The notes beneath the pieces are model-generated. The model ran no database searches. It was not told where the DNA came from and saw only the letters and a list, made by a program, of their open reading frames with translations. From a virus, in IMG/VR virus record IMGVR_UViG_3300043399_000587, positions 32,001-96,000 of that record: a stretch of 64,000 bases of DNA; one strand, 5' to 3'. Position 1 is the first letter of the stretch. Each line of letters starts with the position of its first letter. Position numbers and translations under genes: made by a program. Positions 58,106-64,000 of this stretch are shown piece by piece.

Positions 58106-59276
58106 ATTATTTTATATGGGACTTGAGCCCTACAAAGCTAGATATACACTACAATTGCAAGATTGGAACGTAGAAGTTTTTAAACGTAGAAAAATTAACT
58201 ACGTTGTTGTACCCGGTGAAACACTTAGCAATGACAAGGCTATCGTGACTGGCCAAGTATTAGATGCACATGGGCGTACCTATTTCGGTATGAGCCAACT
58301 AATGAATTTAGTAAAAATGATGAAGCACGGGGAAGTTACTAATGAAGATGTTATCTACTTTGAGGACATGTTTCAGCCCGGTATCGAAAGCTTACCTTAT
58401 ATACTCAATCAAGTTCCTAGTGATTCATGTCCCCGTATCTATGTTCGCTGTCTTGCTCAGTCCATTGATCCTGATGATTTTGTGCATGTATGGGGTATGG
58501 CGAAGTGGATGGGACACTACGAAAAAATGGTTAATGAGTTCGTGGACGGAGTTCTCGCCACGAACGAAGAAATGGTTGCTCATATGCGTATTGCTGGATG
58601 GACTGCTCCTATTTACAATATTAGCGGTTTAGCATTCGGTAAAAATGAAGTTGTTAGTCGTGTAGAAAAGTATGTACCTTTTCATGAACGTAGGAATCGA
58701 GTAGTTTTTTCTGCACGTTGGGATCAAGAAAAACAACCAGATTTTTACATGGATCTTATTGAAGCTTGGCACAAGCGTCACCCTAATCAAAATATTACGT
58801 TTGCTGTATGTAGTGGCGGAAAATTAAAAAGCAACAACGATAGTTACATGAAGCGAACTAGAAAATTACAAGATGAAGGTAAGCTTTTCGTATACGAAGA
58901 TTTAGAAAAAAATGATTACTATGATATTGTCAACAACAGTAAGGTAGTGTTCAATTGTGCGTTACAAGATTGGGTTAGTAATACAGTAAGCGAAGCCGAT
59001 GCACTTGGTTGCAATGTATTATATCCTGCATATCGTAGTTTTCCCGAAACATTCGCCAATGATCATGAGCGCATGTATATTCCATGGTCTATAGATGACG
59101 CATTAAACAAGTTAGAGCAATTGATCAAGAGGCCACATCCTAACATTGGAAAGATCAGCTCTTATAACAATAGTACTATAGATAGGATATGTGATATCCT
59201 TGAAGGTAAAGGGGACAAATATCTTAGAATGTCGTCAGATTATAGAAAACACACACGAGAATCAAAATATGCTTGA
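58098..59276 (+). CDS. Glycosyltransferase (GT-B/GT4-like)
   Basis: [21 protein letters not shown]. Confidence 0.7.
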   Translation: MRKLFYMGLEPYKARYTLQLQDWNVEVFKRRKINYVVVPGETLSNDKAIVTGQVLDAHGRTYFGMSQLMNLVKMMKHGEVTNEDVIYFEDMFQPGIESLPYILNQVPSDSCPRIYVRCLAQSIDPDDFVHVWGMAKWMGHYEKMVNEFVDGVLATNEEMVAHMRIAGWTAPIYNISGLAFGKNEVVSRVEKYVPFHERRNRVVFSARWDQEKQPDFYMDLIEAWHKRHPNQNITFAVCSGGKLKSNNDSYMKRTRKLQDEGKLFVYEDLEKNDYYDIVNNSKVVFNCALQDWVSNTVSEADALGCNVLYPAYRSFPETFANDHERMYIPWSIDDALNKLEQLIKRPHPNIGKISSYNNSTIDRICDILEGKGDKYLRMSSDYRKHTRESKYA

Positions 59277-59293
59277 CAATTGTAGGAAAAATA

Positions 59294-60400
59294 ATGCTCA
59301 TAGAAAATGAACCAAAGTTAGATTTCAAAGATGTTCTTATTAGGCCAAAGCGTAGTACGCTTAGCAGTCGCAAAGAGGTTGATTTAAACCGCACGTATAA
59401 ATTTAAACATAGTGGATGGGAATGGACTGGTGTCCCAATCATGGCTGCTAACATGGATGGAGTAGGAACTTTTAATATGGCAGAAGCATTACAAGAACAT
59501 AAAATGTTTACTTGTCTTGTTAAAAGTTATGTGCTGAATGATTTTATCTATATGCAAGAACTTATCAATGGCAAGCATTTTGCTGTTAGTACAGGGACCA
59601 GCGATCACGATTGGTCTAAATTACAACAAATTCTAAATGCATTTCCAGAATTTCATTTTATTTGCATTGACGTAGCAAATGGATACAGTGAACACTTTGG
59701 AGATTTTGTTGCTAAAGTTCGTGCTAGATATCCCAAACATACAATCATTGCTGGTAATGTTGTTACGGCAGATATGACACAGGAGTTAATTTTACGTGGC
59801 GCAGATATTATTAAAGTTGGTATTGGGCCTGGTAGTGTTTGTACTACTCGTATTCAAACTGGGGTGGGCTACCCACAACTTAGTGCTATTATTGAATGTG
59901 CCGATGCTGCTCACGGTCTTGGTGGTCATATTGTGGCTGACGGTGGATGTACTTGTCCTGGTGATGTTGCTAAAGCTTTTGGTGCGGGTGCTGACTTCGT
60001 AATGCTAGGTGGTATGCTAGCTGGGCATGACGAGGGCGGTGGAGAAGTAATTACAAATCATTTTAAAACCAATGAAGTCCTAACCAAAGAAGTTGATAAA
60101 GATGGTATTATGCTAATTCATAACTATAAAGTTGAAGAAAAAAAGTTTGTTCAATTTTACGGTATGAGTAGTGATACTGCAATGGAAAAACATCACGGTG
60201 GTGTAGCAAGTTATCGTAGTAGCGAAGGACGCACTGTAAAAATTCCTTACCGAGGCAAAGTAAATGATACTGTATTAGATTTGCTAGGTGGATTGCGTAG
60301 TGCTTGTACTTATGTGGGTGCCCCTACACTAAAACAACTTAGTAAATGTACCACTTTCATTAAAGTCAACAGACAAATTAATGATGTTTTCTTAAAGTGA
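59294..60400 (+). CDS. guaC: GMP reductase
   Basis: [52 protein letters not shown]. Confidence 0.93.
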   Translation: MLIENEPKLDFKDVLIRPKRSTLSSRKEVDLNRTYKFKHSGWEWTGVPIMAANMDGVGTFNMAEALQEHKMFTCLVKSYVLNDFIYMQELINGKHFAVSTGTSDHDWSKLQQILNAFPEFHFICIDVANGYSEHFGDFVAKVRARYPKHTIIAGNVVTADMTQELILRGADIIKVGIGPGSVCTTRIQTGVGYPQLSAIIECADAAHGLGGHIVADGGCTCPGDVAKAFGAGADFVMLGGMLAGHDEGGGEVITNHFKTNEVLTKEVDKDGIMLIHNYKVEEKKFVQFYGMSSDTAMEKHHGGVASYRSSEGRTVKIPYRGKVNDTVLDLLGGLRSACTYVGAPTLKQLSKCTTFIKVNRQINDVFLK

Positions 60401-60481
60401 TAAATACATATGTTGCATAAAGGCAACTAATTAGACTTAGGTCTCGTTGAGCATTAACGTTAGATGCTTTGAAAGGAACAT

Positions 60482-61159
60482 ATGTATAAACTTTATCAAA
60501 TAACCAATACGATTAACGGAAAATCGTACATAGGTATCACAAAACTCTCAATACATGAAAGATGGAATGTTCATGTATCCAATTCAAGAAAGCCCAAATA
60601 TCCAATACATCATGCTATAGCAAAATATGGGCATGAAGTATTTATTATTAAATTGCTTGAAGAAAGTGAAGACCGCAACCTTATTTCTTCTTTAGAAGAA
60701 TCAACTATTCGGCAATTAAAAACGCATATAACACAACAAGGGTATAATATTGCTAAAGGTGGCTTCGGCGGAGATTTAGGTCTAGTTGTAAATCATAAAA
60801 GAAAAGAAACAATAAAAAATCTAAGCCCAGAGAAGAAACAAGAATGGACTAAGAATCTTAGCATGGTAAGAATAGGAAAGAAACATTCTACCCAAACTAA
60901 GGAAAAAATGTCTAAGTTACAAAAAGATCGAGGCGGGTACGGTCCTGAAAAACATTCAGCCTCAACTAAAGAAAAAATCTCAAAGGGTAATAGAGGAAAA
61001 ACTCGTTCAGAAATCTCTAGACAACACTATAGAGAATCTGCTAAAATAAGAGGAACTGGCCCTCAATTACAAGGTAAAAAAGTTAGTTGCCTTTGCTGTA
61101 ATAGAGCATGGGATTTAGGTAATTTCGCACAGCACATAAGGAAAATAAATGAGTTTTAA
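60482..61159 (+). CDS. Free-standing GIY-YIG homing endonuclease with NUMOD3-type repeats
   Basis: LYQITN..NGKSYIG; GYN; GKKHSTQTKEKMS and KHSASTKEKIS. Confidence 0.85.
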   Translation: MYKLYQITNTINGKSYIGITKLSIHERWNVHVSNSRKPKYPIHHAIAKYGHEVFIIKLLEESEDRNLISSLEESTIRQLKTHITQQGYNIAKGGFGGDLGLVVNHKRKETIKNLSPEKKQEWTKNLSMVRIGKKHSTQTKEKMSKLQKDRGGYGPEKHSASTKEKISKGNRGKTRSEISRQHYRESAKIRGTGPQLQGKKVSCLCCNRAWDLGNFAQHIRKINEF

Positions 61160-61829
61160 CAAACAAAAAACAGACCCTGCACTAGGATTAAAAGTACATG
61201 AACATTTGGTTAAAATGGGAGTAGAAACGCCAACTGTTGTTAATGGATTGAGCCGAACAGACAAAATAGATATTATTGAAGCAAAATTTACAGACATTAT
61301 GAAGGCATTAGGTCTTGATTTGACTGATGACAGCCTAATTGAAACTCCTAAGCGAGTGGCAAAAATGATGGTAACCGAAACAATGTGGGGATTAGACTAC
61401 GAGGCTTTTCCTAAGTGCACAACAGTAAATAATAAGATGAAGTATAACGAAATGGTGGTAGAAAGAAATGTCTCAGTTCAAAGCAATTGTGAGCACCATT
61501 TTGTTGTTATTGATGGTCTTGCTACTGTGGCATATGTCCCTAAGGATAAAGTTCTGGGACTATCTAAAATCAATCGTATCGTAGAATACTTTAGTAAGCG
61601 CCCACAAATTCAAGAGCGGCTAACCGAGCAGATTTTTCACACATTGCAGTTTATTCTTGAAACTGAAGATGTTGCTGTTATGATTGACGCGCAACATTAT
61701 TGTGTCAAGAGCCGAGGCGTAGAAGATACTGGAAGTTCTACTGTCACAAGTAGATTGGGCGGTGGTTTCAAAACAGATCAAGCAGCCCGAGCAGAGTTTC
61801 TTAATATTGCTATGAAGGGCTGCAAGTAA
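61149..61829 (+). CDS. folE: GTP cyclohydrolase I
   Basis: ETPKRVAKM, CEHH, GLSKINR, RPQIQERLT, HYCV..RG. Confidence 0.95.
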   Translation: MSFNKQKTDPALGLKVHEHLVKMGVETPTVVNGLSRTDKIDIIEAKFTDIMKALGLDLTDDSLIETPKRVAKMMVTETMWGLDYEAFPKCTTVNNKMKYNEMVVERNVSVQSNCEHHFVVIDGLATVAYVPKDKVLGLSKINRIVEYFSKRPQIQERLTEQIFHTLQFILETEDVAVMIDAQHYCVKSRGVEDTGSSTVTSRLGGGFKTDQAARAEFLNIAMKGCK

Positions 61830-61984
61830 TGGAGTACTTTATTTTTGGTATGGTAGTAGGATATTATATACTTTATCCTATTCAACAAGCTATCAACAAA
61901 GGTTTTTCTGAATCCCACAAATCAACATGTTGTGCTGGCAACTGTAATCAAGGTCGTAAGTGTACCTGTGTACCGAAGGATTAA
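61829..61984 (+). CDS. Small membrane-anchored Cys-rich protein (51 aa)
   Basis: Not in ORF track; TAATG overlap; hydrophobic N-terminus then CCAGNCNQGRKCTC. Confidence 0.55.
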   Translation: MEYFIFGMVVGYYILYPIQQAINKGFSESHKSTCCAGNCNQGRKCTCVPKD

Positions 61985-61986
61985 AA

Positions 61987-62223
61987 GTGGGATTTATAAA
62001 ACCAATGGATTACAATGATGTACATCATCAAGTTTACATGGCGGGAATAGAACTTCATAGTCCATATAACGATGGCTACAATCAATGGATGATTAAACAA
62101 GAGTTATATCGTATCAAATGGTTAGTAGATAACATTCTTAAGGATAGTCCTACTTTTTCAGGAGAGGAAGAATTCTTAAAAGAACATGAGCAAGTAGTAA
62201 TGTGGCGTAAACTCAAAAATTAA
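61987..62223 (+). CDS. Hypothetical protein
   Basis: Likely GTG start 61987 after AAGGA. Confidence 0.55.
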   Translation: MGFIKPMDYNDVHHQVYMAGIELHSPYNDGYNQWMIKQELYRIKWLVDNILKDSPTFSGEEEFLKEHEQVVMWRKLKN

Positions 62224-62252
62224 AAATATAGAGTAAAGAAAGTTTTATATAA

Positions 62253-62720
62253 ATGATTTTCAACAGAGTTAAAGACCTTAAGGATCAAGGTAAAAGAATT
62301 GGTATAACGTTTAGCCAATTTGATTTGCTTCATGCAGGGCATATTGCTATGTTGGCTGAAGCTAAAAACCACTGTGATTATCTTATTGCAGGATTACAAA
62401 ACAATGCAAATTGGGATCGCCCTGAAAAGAATGCACCCATTCAAAGTATTGTTGAAAGGCAAATACAATTAGCTGCGGTTAAGTTTGTAGATGAAATTGT
62501 CGTGTATAATACGGAAAAAGACTTAGAAGATATACTATTGACATTACCCGTAGATGTGCGTATACTAGGTGTTGAGTACATGGAGAAAGATTTTACAGGA
62601 CGAGCGATATGCGAGAAGCGAAAAATAGAACTTATATTCAATGGTCGTGATCATAGTTTCAGTAGTTCTAACCTACGCAAACGTGTTGCAGAAGCTGAAC
62701 AAAATAAAAACAGTAAATAA
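62253..62720 (+). CDS. Cytidylyltransferase (TagD/glycerol-3-phosphate CT-like)
   Basis: FDLLHAGH, LIAGL, ER..QL....VDE, R.HSFSSS. Confidence 0.85.
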   Translation: MIFNRVKDLKDQGKRIGITFSQFDLLHAGHIAMLAEAKNHCDYLIAGLQNNANWDRPEKNAPIQSIVERQIQLAAVKFVDEIVVYNTEKDLEDILLTLPVDVRILGVEYMEKDFTGRAICEKRKIELIFNGRDHSFSSSNLRKRVAEAEQNKNSK

Positions 62721-62724
62721 AGAT

Positions 62725-62767
62725 AGCGGTCTAGGGCATTCATCCCGCTTTACAAATTCTGCATGTC
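62725..62767 (+). promoter_or_regulatory. Candidate preQ1-I-like riboswitch / structured leader of queD
   Basis: Stem AGCGG/CCGCT, loop TCTAGGGCATTCATC, tail TTACAAA; directly upstream of queD. Confidence 0.4.
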
Positions 62768-62799
62768 ATCAAACTTGCTACTTTTAAAGGAGACTAGAG

Positions 62800-63315
62800 A
62801 TGGCAAACTTACAACCAATAGCTTACAAATATGTGAGCACAAAAGAATATCACGATGCGTTTCCGTGTGCATATCGCCAATGGCGTGCTAATAGTCATTG
62901 TAATCTTATACACGGTTATAGTTTCAGTATGAAATTCTATTTTGGTACAAATGAGTTAGATGTTCGTAACTGGGCTATGGACTACGGTGGATTAAAAGAA
63001 TTAAAGAAAATTCTTGAGGATCAATTTGATCATACACTACTAGTTGCAGAAGACGATCCGGAATTAGAAACATTTAAGATGTTACAAGAAAAGAAGTTGG
63101 CTAAACTTACCATACTTCCTAGATTGGGATGTGAGGGCTTAGCTGATATGCTTTACAAATACGTAAACAGTGTATACATCCCAGACATGTTGGGTGAGCA
63201 TGAAGCAACTAGATTGTGGTGCTACCGTGTAGAGGTTCGTGAGACACAAAGCAATATGGCTTTCCGTGAAGGTCACCGCGAATGGAATGAGGACTTGTCT
63301 GAAGGATTTGAGTAA
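62800..63315 (+). CDS. queD: 6-carboxytetrahydropterin synthase QueD / PTPS family
   Basis: C..IHGY, DYG.LK, FDHT, E..A, VEVRET. Confidence 0.85.
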   Translation: MANLQPIAYKYVSTKEYHDAFPCAYRQWRANSHCNLIHGYSFSMKFYFGTNELDVRNWAMDYGGLKELKKILEDQFDHTLLVAEDDPELETFKMLQEKKLAKLTILPRLGCEGLADMLYKYVNSVYIPDMLGEHEATRLWCYRVEVRETQSNMAFREGHREWNEDLSEGFE

Positions 63316-63339
63316 AAATATGAAGGTTTGAACTTGTAA

Positions 63340-64000
63340 ATGCATTACGTATTGAAATCTCAATCTGAGTATGCGTTATCCGAATCAGTGTTAAAAAACT
63401 ACGGCTGCACAAAACTTTCAAATTATTTTGAAATTCACACTAATGGAAATATTAGTTTGTGTTGTTATACCTGGCTTCCTGTTTTTTGCGGTAACATTCT
63501 AGAAAATTCACCTGAAGAAATATTAAACAATACAAAAAGGTTGAAATTGATTGACGACATGAGTAAAGGAGAGTATACCGAGTGTAATGATCATTGCCCT
63601 TATATTAGTGCTACGTTAAACGGCAGTAGATATCCATCTGAATGGGTAGTTCCAATAAATAGTTTTAATCAAGAAAAAAACATCAAACCTTATGTCATAG
63701 GATTAAGCTATGATACATCGTGTAATTTACAATGTCCAAGTTGTCGAAATAGCCTACAATTTTTTCAACTCGATGAAAATAAAAAATTATCCGAGATTCA
63801 TGAGAAAACAAAACAGTTTATTGATTTCTTATTGGCAAAGGGTATAAGCCTGATAATCGTTATTAGTGGTAGTTCTGATCCTTTTGCAGGACCCACATTT
63901 TGGAATTACTTGAAAGAGTTGTCTTTAAATCCTGAATCGGATATTAGATTACAATTAATAACCAATGGCACTTTAATGACACAAACTAAGCTACTAGAAA
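63340..64000 (+). CDS. Radical SAM protein with N-terminal SPASM/twitch-like Cys cluster (partial, runs off window)
   Basis: Not in ORF track; translates MHYVLK..C..NG.ISLCC..GNI..C...CP..CNLQCPSC (CxxxCxxC)..SGSSDPF..TNG. Confidence 0.85.
   Translation, partial: MHYVLKSQSEYALSESVLKNYGCTKLSNYFEIHTNGNISLCCYTWLPVFCGNILENSPEEILNNTKRLKLIDDMSKGEYTECNDHCPYISATLNGSRYPSEWVVPINSFNQEKNIKPYVIGLSYDTSCNLQCPSCRNSLQFFQLDENKKLSEIHEKTKQFIDFLLAKGISLIIVISGSSDPFAGPTFWNYLKELSLNPESDIRLQLITNGTLMTQTKLLE

Larger units (their letters stand above)
6453..62719 (+). promoter_or_regulatory. Dispersed T4-type late promoter motif (A/T)TAAATA, about 20 copies before late genes
   Basis: e.g. 6453, 8299, 11991, 14790, 15287, 18973, 24876, 26183, 30350, 31574, 37210, 37841, 39658, 41154, 46334, 47503, 48068, 60401, 62714; also minus strand at 4254 and 8241. 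Confidence 0.8.

Noticed and set aside
497-63421. Numerous short ORFs (60-140 aa) nested in or antisense to recognised genes
   Set aside because: Overlap well-supported genes, with no motifs or translation signals
1-64000. Stop-codon reassignment as in some jumbo phages
   Set aside because: Conserved genes are full length under the standard code; the stops I checked were TAA/TGA and there is no fragmentation suggesting read-through

Overview
64 kb of an AT-rich, large (probably jumbo) T4-like myovirus genome. The evidence is the T4-type structural genes, a family B DNA polymerase with clamp and clamp loader, and ~20 TAAATA late-promoter motifs. Gene order: gp15/gp14 neck genes (minus strand), gp13, dNMP kinase, tail sheath and tube, head-completion nuclease, probable small terminase, a large modular head protein, a Gly-X-Ser collagen-like fibre, GH19 endolysin, Ig/baseplate-fibre proteins, and a proteostasis/auxiliary block (GroES, BI-1/YccA, PhoH, DnaJ, ClpA). 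Then come a ~9 kb block of probable capsid-packaged effector proteins (nucleotidyltransferase, two ADP-ribosyltransferase folds, two kinases, GNAT, zincins, Dps), the replication genes, and a 7-deazaguanine DNA-modification-type cluster (DpdA/TGT-like, two QueD-like, FolE, glycosyltransferase, cytidylyltransferases, GuaC, radical SAM). The most striking unexplained signal is a 12-15 bp motif (AGGTGTGDCGGAA, encoding G-V-[A/T/S]-E), conserved at the DNA level. It occurs as three direct-repeat pairs, each bracketing an in-frame domain cassette inside a putative head-packaged polyprotein. This suggests a cassette-shuffling system in which one site acts as both recombination site and prohead-protease cleavage site. 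Also noted: an unexplained pseudoknotted late ncRNA, a preQ1-I-like leader before queD, and many apparently leaderless transcripts. All protein family calls are from motif recognition by eye; no searches were run.
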